Shown here: positions 27,088 through 39,247 of the stretch, piece by piece | Position numbering within the stretch: position 1 is the stretch's first letter | Layout: the number at the start of each line of letters is the position of its first letter | IMG/VR virus record: IMGVR_UViG_3300006056_000001 | Location: 96,001 to 160,000 of that record | DNA: 64,000 nt | Strand: one strand, 5' to 3' | Source of the DNA: a virus | Taxonomy: Duplodnaviria > Caudoviricetes | Notes under the pieces: model-generated | Database searches by the model: none | What the model saw: the letters and a program-made list of their open reading frames with translations, nothing else | Told to the model about the DNA's origin: nothing | Program-made: the position numbers and the translations under genes

Positions 27088-28182
27088 ATGACTCAAAATT
27101 TATTTATACCTACTAAACTTAAAGTAGGCTACCGAGAAAGAGAAGATACTTTTACAAAAAAACTAGCTTATGTTATTTATTATGATGAGAAGAATGTATT
27201 AAGAAAAGAAACTAGTTGGAAAAGTTGGAGAGATCAAAACATTCCAGATCAAGATATTGATAATGTTCCAACAGAAGGATTTGTATTAAACAAAAAGGTA
27301 GGCGGCTATAAGTCTGACTGGAACTATAGACAGTCATATATTAGAGTATATGATCCTAGAGGTTTTGAATTTGAGATTACACCAGAAAATCTATTATTTA
27401 TATTAAAAGAATCTAATTGTGATAAGGATAAAGGCTTAGAGGGCAAATTTGTTTACTCTTGGCAAGGAACAGAACTAGTACTACTTCCTGTTACTTCACT
27501 TACATATCAAACTTCTACTAAGTATACTTCTATAAGATCTAATAAAATACACAAGAAAGACTTAATTCTTGGTGCATCTTATTTAGATGATCAAGTAGAG
27601 CCTTGTATTTATTTAGGTCTTAATACAGTATATGGAAAAGACTTTTTCTATGGTGGTTCAGCAGGTAGCATGAAACAGCATGTTACTTATTATACTCAAA
27701 CTAAGAAGTATAGTTTTACTAAAGAACACAAGCATTTAAAAGAATTAGTAGACGCTAATATTTCTCCTGATTTTTCAGATTTAATAGATCATTTTGCAAA
27801 TTCTACTCGTGGTTCTCCTATAGAAAGATTAGAACTTAGGCCTATGGAGAACTATTATTATGCATCACATAAACATAATAAAGAACTAAAAAGATACTTT
27901 TGGGCAGAAGCATCTAAGTTAGAAAATACATATGATGTATATTTTAACGAATATGGGGCTACACACAGTTATCATATTAAAATTACTGATAATTCTTTAT
28001 ATACATTTAATGATACTGGGTATGCTACTACTAGACCCGCCATTCCTCCTCAAAAGAATCAACTATTTGCTATTTTGAAAAGTGGAAAGGAGATTATGAT
28101 TGATCTTAGTAATTACAGATTTTATGATATAAATAATCAGTATGATTATGAATTTATACAAGAAACAAAAGAACTAGAGTGA
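27088..28182 (+). CDS. Conserved large-phage hypothetical protein
   Basis: KLAYVIYYDEK..LRKE.SW..WRD...RVYDPRGFEFEIT.ENL motif. Confidence 0.75.
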   Translation: MTQNLFIPTKLKVGYREREDTFTKKLAYVIYYDEKNVLRKETSWKSWRDQNIPDQDIDNVPTEGFVLNKKVGGYKSDWNYRQSYIRVYDPRGFEFEITPENLLFILKESNCDKDKGLEGKFVYSWQGTELVLLPVTSLTYQTSTKYTSIRSNKIHKKDLILGASYLDDQVEPCIYLGLNTVYGKDFFYGGSAGSMKQHVTYYTQTKKYSFTKEHKHLKELVDANISPDFSDLIDHFANSTRGSPIERLELRPMENYYYASHKHNKELKRYFWAEASKLENTYDVYFNEYGATHSYHIKITDNSLYTFNDTGYATTRPAIPPQKNQLFAILKSGKEIMIDLSNYRFYDINNQYDYEFIQETKELE

Positions 28183-28329
28183 AAGAAGAACCTCCTTTAG
28201 CTTCTGCTACTTTAGATACTTATTGTCCAGAATGTCTTGTAGGTATTATAAAAGCTTTTGAAGAAAATCTTTGTTATTGTCCTTATTGTGGACAATTATT
28301 CAAAATTGAGGTTGTTTAAACCTCTTCAA

Positions 28330-28414
28330 GGACAGGTCGGATAGCGGCAATTCCATCTGCCTGTAGAGCAGACGTCTCTGACTTACGGGGGTTCGAGTCC
28401 CTCCCTGTCCACCA
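28330..28414 (+). tRNA. tRNA-Tyr(GUA)
   Basis: TCTGC-CTGTAGA-GCAGA; V arm; A73. Confidence 0.92.
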
Positions 28415-29092
28415 CATAAAAGATCATGGAAACCAATCAGAAAAACGAATATATCCAGACGGCAACTAATCTTAGTTGCTGTTTTTTACTAGCTATAACT
28501 TCTATTATGTCTCCTTTCTATATGCCTTTCTTTTTTGGCATTATTTCTTCATTAGGTACTTTAGGCGCGGCTTATTTTATTGCTGCATCTAATGAACCTA
28601 CTAAGAAAATGATTATTACTATATATGAAAAAGTATCTAAAATGCTTGATTTTGGATTAACTGTTACAGTAAATGCAGATGAAAAGGAAGAACCTTCTAG
28701 CACTAGGCCGTCTGGACGCCGAGGCGGCAAGACCGCATAGACGACTAATAAAAGATAAACAATAATAGAGCATATATTTTATGAAACCTAGATTCTGTTT
28801 CCCCTTTCTAGGTAAAAAATTTGACTTTATTGTCAAACTCTTACTAAGATTACTAAAAAGAAATAAAAAAATGACACAAGAATTCCAAGACTTGAAACTT
28901 AAAGTTGAAGCAAATATTGCACTACAGAATCAACTTATTACTTCTGTTAATGCTTTAGTTGCTAAACTAGGACAAATAGATCCTCCTCAGGAAATCGTGG
29001 ATCTAGCTAATCAGGTTCAGGCAGCATCTGATGCTATGTCTACCACATTAAATGGTATTCCGCCTGTCTAATTAGTTTTCCAACTAATAATT

Positions 29093-29118
29093 AAGCAGGC
29101 TTCAAGGCCTGCTTTTTT
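29093..29118 (+). terminator. Rho-independent terminator
   Basis: AAGCAGGC/GCCTGCTT plus T run. Confidence 0.8.
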
Positions 29119-29125
29119 ATTTTAT

Positions 29126-29213
29126 GGAAGATAGACCTGACAGGGTTGGGCAACGCCTGGAAAGCGTTTGGAACTTTAAAAGGTTTGAGGTTCGAGTCCT
29201 CTGTCTTCCGCCA
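29126..29213 (+). tRNA. tRNA-Ser(GGA)
   Basis: AACGC-CTGGAAA-GCGTT; long V arm; G73. Confidence 0.85.
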
Positions 29214-29902
29214 ATAAAAATGGAAAATCCTTACAACTTACCATTAAAGTTCAAATTTATTATTGACAGATTAAATAGACTAGAATGTATTCAAGAAGTT
29301 ACTATTACTAAAAATATAAACAAAATTTGTGTTAAAAATAATGTTTTTTCTACAACATTTATTGTTTCAGAAGGTAAAGATTATCTATGTGAATCTAGAG
29401 TTTATAATTTAAACGGTGTGATTGCAGATAGATTTAATACTTCTATATATTTATATTTAGATTTTTTAAAAGAATTATATCCTAGAAATAAAGATATTAT
29501 AAAAGAATTTCAAGATTGGCTTCGCCAACAAGAAGCAATTAGATATAAGGATGTACAAATTAAAGAGTTAAGAAACCAAGCCGAGAAACTAGGATGCACA
29601 GTAACAATAAAAACTTAAGGTTTGTTCTTTCTTTTGGTTTTGTTATTATATTTGTTATTATTTTTGTACTTTTAAATTATAATATTAGAGAAGAACTTAA
29701 AAGAGAAGTTATAGGCAAGTCATTTAAAGAACCATATCCTGATAGTATCTTTGTTGGTAAGGAAGCATGGGGAGAAGGTGCTCCTTATAAAATTGTAACC
29801 ATGCCTGGTAAATATTATTTGATTGTAAAGATCTACTATAACAATAATACTACTTCTGTAGAAAATATTCCTGTAGATAAAGAGACTTACGATAAGAATT
29901 AG

Positions 29903-29978
29903 GCCGGTGTACCCTTAATGGTAGAGGCCCAGTTTTGTAAACTGGTTGTTGTGGGTTCGAGTCCCACCTCCGGCTCCA
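29903..29978 (+). tRNA. tRNA-Thr(UGU)
   Basis: CCAGT-TTTGTAA-ACTGG; CCA. Confidence 0.9.
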
Positions 29979-31169
29979 TTTTATGATTGTAAATCTAACT
30001 CCTTTTGATGTTAGTAATTTTAATAGTATTAATAGTATTGCTCCTTTTAATATAGCTTATGTAGAAGATACTCTTCTAAAATGTCCTTATTGTGGGTCTT
30101 CTACTTTTTCTGGTTTAAAATGTACTAAAGTATACACTTTATATGAATATGAACTTAAATGTTATTTTTGTTTATATGCTTGTCTTCTTGGAGAATTGGC
30201 TGTAATTAACTTAGATTTTCGATCAATTACTTGTATTAGTGTATGATTTCTATTAATACAATAAAGATAAATCCTAGTTCAAAAGCACAAGATGAATTAG
30301 ATTTTATTAATTCTATAGGAATATTTCAACTATCTTATTTTGACCTTTTAAGGTATACATCATATAATCACAATTGTCCTTATTGTCAAAGTATTGATTT
30401 TCTTGATATTTATTATTCAAGGAGTCGTTCTACAGATTATATAGTAAAATGCTATATTTGTAGTAATTTTCTTTCTATCACTTCATTTGGAGTTGACCTT
30501 AATGTACATTTTCCAAACTTTATTTATATATAAATTTTCTGGTATGACACGATTTAAACAAATTTATTCTATAACTATTTAATTAAGTGATTAAGCCCCA
30601 ATCCTTTTAGGAGGGCTTATGTTATTACCTTTATATGAAGAATTTATGATAGAGAACTGTATATGTTCTGAAGTAGAATGTAGCTGTTGTATTATATATG
30701 GTACTTTATATAATACACGTAAATAAATTGACATGTCTAATTTTAATTTTTTAGTATCGAAAGATAAGTATTGTAAGTTTCATCATTCTTTAGAACCTAC
30801 AGAATGGAAGCAATGTTTATCTAATTCACATATAGAACGTTCCTATACAGTAGTTTATGTTGCCAGTCATTTAAAAGAAACTAAATTTGACTGTGGATGT
30901 ATAATTTTTGACAATAAATACTATCCTGAATTTAAATTATCTGAACATATATTTAAAGATTTTTTTAAACACGAACTAACTTCAGGACAAAAATTAGTTA
31001 AGTTTGATATTAAAAAAGTTGATAAAAAGTAGAGCACATATTATGTGCAATATTTAGTAACTTCATTACTCATAACTGTTTTAGTATTCATACTTAAAAC
31101 TCTATTTAAGCCTAAAGAAAAGATAGAGGCATACCCTAAAGCTTGTTGTAAAATATATTATTTAAAAAA

Positions 31170-31721
31170 ATGACTACAAACTCTTTTCCTATCCTTTGGG
31201 AAAAAGCCATAATTGGCTTAGCCGAAGTAGACAAATATGGTAGGTTTGTTAAAGCAAACCCTGCTTTTTGTGATTTAGTCGGATACTCTGAATCTGAACT
31301 ACAGAACAAAAAGTGGCAAGATATTACCCATCCAGATGATACGGAAGGAGGAGAACGCATGTTCTCTAGAATAGTCTCTGGTCAAATTTCTAACTATACC
31401 ATGGAGAAAAGATATATTACCAAGAGAGGATTGATAGTTTGGGTAAATATATCTATGTCTGGTGTTTTAGATCCAGATGGTAATACTCATTGTGTACTAA
31501 AGCAAGTAATTAATCTACCTATTCAACTTTCTGATTTTACTCCTAAGAAAGATCCTGTTTCTATAAAGGATACAATCAAAGAAAACATTAAGGTAGTTCT
31601 TGCTTCTATAGTTGGTATTGTATTTACCTTATATGGGGCCTGGCACAACGAACCAGACCTTAAAAATATAGGCCTGGCTCTTGTACTAGGTTTATTTGGC
31701 GGCTTAATGGCGAAGAAATAA
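31170..31721 (+). CDS. PAS-domain protein with two C-terminal transmembrane helices
   Basis: GRFVKANPAFCDLVGYSESEL....WQDITHPDD...YTMEKRYITKRG..VWV. Confidence 0.88.
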   Translation: MTTNSFPILWEKAIIGLAEVDKYGRFVKANPAFCDLVGYSESELQNKKWQDITHPDDTEGGERMFSRIVSGQISNYTMEKRYITKRGLIVWVNISMSGVLDPDGNTHCVLKQVINLPIQLSDFTPKKDPVSIKDTIKENIKVVLASIVGIVFTLYGAWHNEPDLKNIGLALVLGLFGGLMAKK

Positions 31722-31745
31722 GGCCTTTATAGCCCATCTTAATTT

Positions 31746-31782
31746 ACCTCCTTAGACCGTATTAGGTCTAGGAGGTTTTTTT
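31746..31782 (+). terminator. Rho-independent terminator
   Basis: ACCTCCT-TAGACC/GGTCTA-GGAGGT plus T run. Confidence 0.8.
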
Positions 31783-32556
31783 ATGTATACAGAAGACAAC
31801 ATTGGATTTATAAAATTAGTTGATAAGACTAAAGAAGATTTTCCACTTAAGATAGTTAATACAGCAAGAATTTCATACGGTAACTCTAAGCAAGAATTTG
31901 ATGATAAAGATAAGAAGCTTGTTTCTTATCTATGGGAACACAAACATACATCCCCATTTCGTCATTCTTTTTACACTTTTCACATAAAAGCCACTTTGTC
32001 TGTTTTTAGACAATGGCTTAAGCATCAGGTAGGGTCTACCTGGAGAACCTACGAAATTGATGGTGAAACTGTATCATTAGATATAGTAGACCTCTTTTTT
32101 GATGAGGACAAAGGATGTAGTTGGAACGAACTTAGTAGAAGATATGCTCAGCCGAAGCATGAATATTATGTTCCTGAGGTATTAAGGTCTAATCCCCCTC
32201 ACGGTAATAAGCAAGCTTCTGGCAAGTATAGTAATCCTTTGTCTACACATGATATTCTTTATCTAGAGGACCCTCTAGAGGATATCAGATTACACACTGA
32301 AAAGTCATTACTTCTATATAGGAAGTTAATAGCTAATGGTGTAGCTAAAGAAATAGCCCGAGATATTCTTCCTGGTAATCTATATACTGAGGCTTACTGG
32401 ACAGTGAGTCTACAAGCGGTAATGCTTTTCCTACAACTGAGAGATAGCGATACTGCTCAGTACGAAATTAGGCAGTATGCAAAGTTACTAAAAGAATTAA
32501 TAAAAGAAGATTTGGAAAAAGCTGGTTTAAACTTAGATGAACAACATAAAGACTAA
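31783..32556 (+). CDS. thyX: Flavin-dependent thymidylate synthase
   Basis: ARISY, H.SPF.H, RQWLKH, WNELSRRY, KEIARDILP, AQYEIRQYA. Confidence 0.93.
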   Translation: MYTEDNIGFIKLVDKTKEDFPLKIVNTARISYGNSKQEFDDKDKKLVSYLWEHKHTSPFRHSFYTFHIKATLSVFRQWLKHQVGSTWRTYEIDGETVSLDIVDLFFDEDKGCSWNELSRRYAQPKHEYYVPEVLRSNPPHGNKQASGKYSNPLSTHDILYLEDPLEDIRLHTEKSLLLYRKLIANGVAKEIARDILPGNLYTEAYWTVSLQAVMLFLQLRDSDTAQYEIRQYAKLLKELIKEDLEKAGLNLDEQHKD

Positions 32557-33337
32557 GATCGGACAGATTGCAGTTATTTCTGACTATATAAAGGTAAGAA
32601 AAAATAAGAATACTCAAGAAATTTCTTATCTACAGAGTAATACTATGTTAGAAGGGTATACTCAACGTTTTGTAGGTGTATATATTACACATACTAAGGA
32701 TATTTATGTAGGTGTTGCTGTTAATAGCAAGAAAGACACCACCAATTCTAACTGGTGGGAATATATTGTTAAGAATAGAATTATGACTGCTGTTTCTAAA
32801 GGATCATTTTCTTTAGAAGATAAGGGCATAACCATGGTACCTTTTGCTTACAAGGATTTATTATATAAGGATCCATGTGCTTATAATAATTTATTTGGTA
32901 TGATAGATCCAACTTTGTTAGATCTTGCTATTAACAATTTGAATAAAGTTACTGAAAAGAGAATTTCAGATACATATGGTTTCTTAGCTAAGAAAAATGA
33001 AGAAGAATCCTTAAATGATGCCTGAAGATATTAAGGCAGAATGTTTATTAATTTTAGATTATTTTATATCTGGTTGTGAAGACTTAAACACCACGCCCAC
33101 ATTATCTTTACTAAGAAAGCGGTTACCCGTCACCATGTTAGCTTATTATGGCTACATGGCCGGGTTAGTAGCTGAAAATTACTTAAAGATAAAAACGTAT
33201 AAAGACTTTTACCTAATTATAAAAGACCAAGTAACTCTTAATGACTTGGACAAAGAACAAGATATTTTAGTAGATGATGATCTAATAAAAGACATTAATT
33301 CTTTAAAATACTCTGATTTAATACAATCTAGCTTAAC

Positions 33338-33922
33338 ATGAATAAAATTTTAGTAGTACCTACAGAAAAATACAAAATCTTTAGTTTTTATCCAAATGAT
33401 TCTTTTGAAGAATTTCTAAACACTAATGGTCTATATTTAGATAGACCTTATGCTGAAACAGATCCTGATTTTTTACAAATTATTCCATATGTAGTTGTAC
33501 ACAGAAACAATAAAGAGATTTTTGCATATACTAGATTAAAGAAAGGAAATGAATCAAGATTACACGGTAATATATCAGTAGGTATAGGGGGACATGTACA
33601 AAAGATAGAGGGTGTTTCTCCTTTTCAAAATTACATAGATTATATAAACATTGAACTAAAAGAAGAATTAGATATTTCTAATTTCAATAGTTTATCTTTA
33701 TTAGCTCCTAACAATCCTATTTATATTTATGATACTTCTAATGAAGTAGGTAAAGTACACTTAGGAATAGTATTTACTCTTGATGTAGGTACAGAAAAAG
33801 TTTCCATTAATGAAACTGATAAAATAGAAGGTAAATTTTATTCTTTAGAAGAACTATTTACTTTACATGATAGATATGAAAATTGGACTAAAATCGCATT
33901 AAAAGGATTGTATAACATATGA
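33338..33922 (+). CDS. NUDIX-like phosphoesterase
   Basis: AETDPDFLQIIPY, ESRLHG..SVGIGGH, ELKEEL, VGKVHLG. Confidence 0.8.
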   Translation: MNKILVVPTEKYKIFSFYPNDSFEEFLNTNGLYLDRPYAETDPDFLQIIPYVVVHRNNKEIFAYTRLKKGNESRLHGNISVGIGGHVQKIEGVSPFQNYIDYINIELKEELDISNFNSLSLLAPNNPIYIYDTSNEVGKVHLGIVFTLDVGTEKVSINETDKIEGKFYSLEELFTLHDRYENWTKIALKGLYNI

Positions 33923-34283
33923 CCGGCACATCGTTAATTTTTGATTATTTAGAGAACATCGAGAATAAGAAAGTAGACTCAGTAGTTCATATTGAAGATA
34001 GTATGGAAATGAGTCCAAATTCTTCTGATGTATCAGTTATTTATACTTTATATGAAGTAACTTTTAAAGAAGAAGAATATCCAACATATTATATAGCTAC
34101 AGTTACTTCTTCTGCTAACGTATTAAATAAGGCAGATGAACAATTACTTAAAGAAATTTTCCCAGATTTTTATGCAGAACGATATGTCTCCGGAGGAGAT
34201 GGATCTTCAGATCCTAAAGACACTACTCCAGCAGTTTGAGGAAGAGATACTAGTTTTAAAAGAACTTTTAAAGAAAATACAAG

Positions 34284-35435
34284 ATGAGAAAGTTTAATTA
34301 TATAGCTCCTTTTAATTCTACTGGTTATGGCGTAGCAGCTACTCAGTATGGTAATTATCTATCTTTAGGTAATAATTATCTTCATGCTTCTTGTATAGGC
34401 AATATAGGTTCTCCTGAGATTAATACAAATCTAAAACTTTGCATAGAGAGAGGGCTGGATCCTCACTTGCCCTCTTTCTGCTTCTGGCATTTATTTGATA
34501 TACCAAATAAGATACCAGACAATAAAAACAAAAAGATAGGATATACCACTTTTGAATTAGATGTATTACGGCCCCAAGAGATAGAGGCCATATCTAAGCT
34601 AGATATGATAGGTACTGCATCCCTATGGGGTGCTAATGTATTAAAGAAGTATGTTCCTCAGGAAAAAGTCTTTATTGTTAGACATGGAGGATATGAGAAT
34701 GGCAAGAATTTATTTACAGACTTTTCTCAATCTAAACATTTAGTTGATATATGGTCTAAAATGATAGACCCTGTTAAACTATCTAAAGAAACTTTAATTC
34801 TAAGTACAGCCGGTAAGTTCGAGTCAAGAAAAGGACATCCAGAACTTATGGAGGCATGTATTAATGCCGACTTTCCAATATTATTGGTAGCATTTGTATT
34901 TAATCCTTTCATAAAGGATGGATATCCTTATGATTTTATTATTAAACACAATATGTATCCTTCTTATACTAAGACAGGTATTAAAACATATACTAAGAAT
35001 AATTTTACATTTATGATGCTTCCTCCTACTAATTCTAGGATAGAACTTCATTCTGCATTATCTAAAGCTCACTTTTTTATATCTCCCTCTAAAGCCGAGG
35101 GCTGGAATCTACCATTATTTGAAATGATGTCCTGTGGTATGCCTTGTATTACTACTAATACAACAGCACATACTGAGTATGTTACTTCTGATAATATTAT
35201 TACTATTCCTTCTGCAACACAAACTATAGCGAAAGATGATAGATTTTTTGATGGTTTTGGGACTTGGCTAAATGTCACTTCTCAAGATATATTAACTGCT
35301 ATAACGTTAGCTAAATCTAAGCAAGAAGATACTAGTTTCTTAAAGAAGCTTTCTTCTAATGCTTACTATATCACAAGTAAGATAACATGGAAGAACGAAT
35401 CGTTGAAGATACAACAACTAATGAACAGTCTGTAG
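34284..35435 (+). CDS. Glycosyltransferase (GT-B, GT4-like)
   Basis: TGYG, YTTFE, GKFESRKG, PSKAEGWNLPLFEMMSCGMPCI. Confidence 0.9.
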   Translation: MRKFNYIAPFNSTGYGVAATQYGNYLSLGNNYLHASCIGNIGSPEINTNLKLCIERGLDPHLPSFCFWHLFDIPNKIPDNKNKKIGYTTFELDVLRPQEIEAISKLDMIGTASLWGANVLKKYVPQEKVFIVRHGGYENGKNLFTDFSQSKHLVDIWSKMIDPVKLSKETLILSTAGKFESRKGHPELMEACINADFPILLVAFVFNPFIKDGYPYDFIIKHNMYPSYTKTGIKTYTKNNFTFMMLPPTNSRIELHSALSKAHFFISPSKAEGWNLPLFEMMSCGMPCITTNTTAHTEYVTSDNIITIPSATQTIAKDDRFFDGFGTWLNVTSQDILTAITLAKSKQEDTSFLKKLSSNAYYITSKITWKNESLKIQQLMNSL

Positions 35436-36604
35436 ACTCTTATTTTCAGTATATTTGGAAAGATAGATTAAATTGGACTAAACATGTAATTCCTGTCAGG
35501 TTTAAGATGCCTGAGCAGGAATTTTTCTTAGAAGGCTACATAAGTGCACCTCCTTCTCCAGATGACTTAGATGTCGAAGTAGAAGTAGAGAGTGCTTTTT
35601 TATTTACAAGTTCAATAAATACTTTTCTTGTTCCTTTAAGAGATATATATCCTTCTAAAAGGAATCTTACAAAGATCAAAGAAAGTAATATAGAACAGGT
35701 TGAGATTTTAAAACAATATCAACCTCTTATGTATTTTCAAGAATTTAGTAATATTTTTACTATTTTTCCTAGATATCAATTTACTATTCCAGAAATTGAA
35801 TCTATTATAAATAGATTACTTCTTAATTCTGAAAAAAGCAAGTTAATAGAAGGAAAAGATAAGCTTTGTCTTATCACAAACACATTACAAAAAGCATATG
35901 TAGGAGTTACTCCTTCTATGCTTACTTTTGGAGATAAAGTAGAAATGGATTTTGTTACTAGTATAAAAGATTTGAATTCCAAGTACCAATCTTGTACAGA
36001 TTGTAATTTGGGTCAAAAAAGAGTAGCTAGAGGCTGTTCTATAGTAACTAACCGTTTAGGAAATACAGTAGGGGCTCAACCTACGTCTCCATTTATTATG
36101 TTTATAGGAGAAGCTCCTGGTGTACAGGAGGAAGAGAACAAAACTCCTTTCTATACTAATGCTCCAGCCGGTGATCTACTAAGTAGAGTTATTAATGCGG
36201 CCAAAATAGATATAGATACTTGTTATTTTACTAATGCTGTATGGTGTAGACCTGAGCCTAAAGATATTAATAAAATGCAAAATGGTACTCCATCAAAAGA
36301 GGAAATAGTTGCATGTAATAAGAGATTGAAGAATGAAATTTTGATTATTAATCCTAAAGTAATTGTTCTTCTTGGTAAGTCTGCTTATTACTCCTTTTTT
36401 GGTAAAGACCTAAAATCTATACTAGATGTTGTTGGTTGGCAGACTTTAACATCTAATGTAAAAGTATACTTAATGCCACATCCTAGTTATGTACTTAGAG
36501 AGTTAAGTTTTGCTACTCCAGAAAACAAAACAGTAATAAAGAAAGCCTATTTAAATCACTTTTTAGAGATAAATAAGGTATTTAAGGAAGTATCAAATAT
36601 TTGA
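35387..36604 (+). CDS. Family-4 uracil-DNA glycosylase with about 190-aa N-terminal extension
   Basis: CTDCNL, FIGEAPG..E....PF...AG, TNAVWCRP, LLGK.A, HPSY. Confidence 0.88.
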   Translation: MEERIVEDTTTNEQSVDSYFQYIWKDRLNWTKHVIPVRFKMPEQEFFLEGYISAPPSPDDLDVEVEVESAFLFTSSINTFLVPLRDIYPSKRNLTKIKESNIEQVEILKQYQPLMYFQEFSNIFTIFPRYQFTIPEIESIINRLLLNSEKSKLIEGKDKLCLITNTLQKAYVGVTPSMLTFGDKVEMDFVTSIKDLNSKYQSCTDCNLGQKRVARGCSIVTNRLGNTVGAQPTSPFIMFIGEAPGVQEEENKTPFYTNAPAGDLLSRVINAAKIDIDTCYFTNAVWCRPEPKDINKMQNGTPSKEEIVACNKRLKNEILIINPKVIVLLGKSAYYSFFGKDLKSILDVVGWQTLTSNVKVYLMPHPSYVLRELSFATPENKTVIKKAYLNHFLEINKVFKEVSNI

Positions 36605-37702
36605 CCTATAGGCCGAAAATTTGAAAAATTTCACAAAGAAAGAAAACCCATAATTGAAAAACTTTTACAAAAATGAAAGAACCTCTTTTTCCTACTGAAA
36701 CTAAAGAAGAAACAAAAAACAAAATTATATCTTTGGCAAAAATTGTTTACTCCAAAGAACTTAAAGATTTGTCTAAGCAAGAAATACAAAGCTTAGTTTT
36801 GATGGACATGAAGTCCTCAATAAATAAACTAACTGTATCTGTAGGAGCAACTAGGCCTACTAAGGTACAATATGCCGGCAATAATTATCACTTTAGTGCT
36901 GAAGTAGATACTTCTGGAATGTTTGAAGTTCTTAGAGATGTCTGTTCTTCAGAACCAGAGCCTACTTTACTTGAGAAATATTTTGATATGAAGTCTGCTG
37001 TCTATAATATGATTAAAGTAAAGGTTACAAGTACAGAACAGTATCTTCACGAATTATTAGATGCTGCTATAAAGAAAGATGGTTTAAGTATCATTGGCCG
37101 CGCGGCATCAAAGGATGAATAATGAATAGCTGGTTTGTTACTGGAGAAGTGCTAAAGCACGGTATTAAAGGAACTACTTATAAGACATTGTGGATACAAG
37201 CTTCTTTAACTTCACCTAATGAAGCTATACAGTCTAATAAGATATTTATTAACTTTCCTATGGATTCTGATACTTCTACTAAGAAGGGTAGAATAGCCCA
37301 AGCTATTATAACTAAGCTATCTACACATAGATTCTTCTTTGCTCAAGATATAGCAGTAGTTCCTATTAATGTGGGTGTAAAGAAAGAAGATGGTAGCTGG
37401 GACAATAAAGAAGTTCCTGGTGTTAGAGGTAATATTACTAACTTATCTCTTTCTACAGATAGATATCCTGAGTTAAATAATGGCTCTGTTTCTGGAACAG
37501 TAGGCAAATATGTTGCTACCGAAAATGTAGAAAAATATTTGATACAAGAAAGGTATAGAAATCCAAAAACTAACGAGTATAAGATAAGAGAAATACCTAT
37601 ATTAAATCCTAACCCAGTTGGACAGGACATAAGCGGAAAAAGCATCTATGTTTCTGCTGCTATGTGCGGCGTTACACCAGATAGAGAATCAAAAACATTC
37701 GG

Positions 37703-39247
37703 ATGGGCAAAAAAAATAATACTACTGTAGAAATAGAGGAGATTCCAGAATCTCCAATACCTATTTCTTTTTATTCAATATATTATGCACTGAAGGCAGT
37801 GTTTCCAGACCAAGCAGATCTTATATTCTCAGGTATTAAGAAGATCTATGTGGTAAATGATGAGATGGTATTTAATACTATCGGTATCAGTAAAGATAGA
37901 AATTTAATTATTAATAAAAAGTTTTGGAATATGTATGTTACAGACTATGATTCTCTTAAAACATTATTAACACATGAGCTATACCATTATGTATTAGGAG
38001 ATATCTATTCTTTATTAACAGAAGATGATGATCCAGAATATCAAATAAAGAACATGGCAAATAATATTGCTATGGACTCTAGAATTAATGCAGCTATATG
38101 TAATATTCATCCTCAAATAAGTCCAGAAAGTTTCTTCTCTAGAATGTATGATAAAGAGAAGTGTGACGAATTTTATATGCATAAAATATTAACTCCAGGT
38201 TCTACCTTAGATCCTGATGATGAAAACGAAGCTCAGTTAATTCCTTTTTATGAAAAGTTTTATAGTGAAGATGATATATGTGCTCACCATGATTTAGCTG
38301 AAGTTGTTGAGAGATTATTAAGAAAAGACCCTAGAATGAAGGGTAAAAATAAAGTAAAGATTAAACTATTAGGCGCACATGGTCAGAAAGGCATAGAAGA
38401 TATTAGCGAAGAAGACTTGAAGAATGCAGATATTATTGAGATAGATCTTAGCGGACTAACTAAAGAACAGTTAGAAGAGCTAAAGAAAGCTCAGCAAGCT
38501 GGTAAGAAGCAAGAAGAAAGACAAGAAGGTATTAACGGCGGTAATACTAATAATATTAAAGAAGCTTTGCTAGATGCTATTAGTTCACAATTACAGGCCG
38601 GTCAATCTTCTAATGTAGCACAGACCCTTATTAATACTTGTAGAGAAATTACTGAAAAATTTGATATCAATCGCTTTAAGAAGATGGCGTTTGATAATAT
38701 TTTCCATAATGTTCGTTCTCAAGCTAGAATTAAAGTAGGTTCCTACAGTACTAGCCCTATACTTCCTGTAAGATATAATAATTTTGATCTTATAAAGATT
38801 GCTTTAGACATACCAGTTCCTTTCTATAAGACTAGGAAGTATGTTTCTCACTTTGATAAAAATTTATTACCTATATACTTAGACGTAAGTGGATCTACTA
38901 CTCCTTACCTTCCAGAAATTGTAAGGCTTATTGCAAACGTATCTGAAGAATTAGATTACGTTTGGGGATTCTCAAACATTATTCATAAACATTCTATTAA
39001 AGATTTAGATGAGGGTAAGATAACTACTACAGGTGGTACAGACTTTGACTGTGTGTTAGATCACGCAGAAAAAGAACAATTTGAACACATTGTAGTTATT
39101 ACAGACGGATATGCAGACACTAGAAGACAAGGTAAGCCAGAGTGGCTTAAATCTGTAGTAACAATTTTGTTTGGTGGTGCTACTAAACAAAATTACTTCA
39201 CGGTTGAATACCAGAACACACACATGATTGAAGAGGTTAAGATCTAA
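37703..39247 (+). CDS. Metallopeptidase-like (HEXXH) + vWA domain protein
   Basis: LTHELYH, NIAMDSRIN; LDVSGS, GGTDF, ITDGY. Confidence 0.85.
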   Translation: MGKKNNTTVEIEEIPESPIPISFYSIYYALKAVFPDQADLIFSGIKKIYVVNDEMVFNTIGISKDRNLIINKKFWNMYVTDYDSLKTLLTHELYHYVLGDIYSLLTEDDDPEYQIKNMANNIAMDSRINAAICNIHPQISPESFFSRMYDKEKCDEFYMHKILTPGSTLDPDDENEAQLIPFYEKFYSEDDICAHHDLAEVVERLLRKDPRMKGKNKVKIKLLGAHGQKGIEDISEEDLKNADIIEIDLSGLTKEQLEELKKAQQAGKKQEERQEGINGGNTNNIKEALLDAISSQLQAGQSSNVAQTLINTCREITEKFDINRFKKMAFDNIFHNVRSQARIKVGSYSTSPILPVRYNNFDLIKIALDIPVPFYKTRKYVSHFDKNLLPIYLDVSGSTTPYLPEIVRLIANVSEELDYVWGFSNIIHKHSIKDLDEGKITTTGGTDFDCVLDHAEKEQFEHIVVITDGYADTRRQGKPEWLKSVVTILFGGATKQNYFTVEYQNTHMIEEVKI

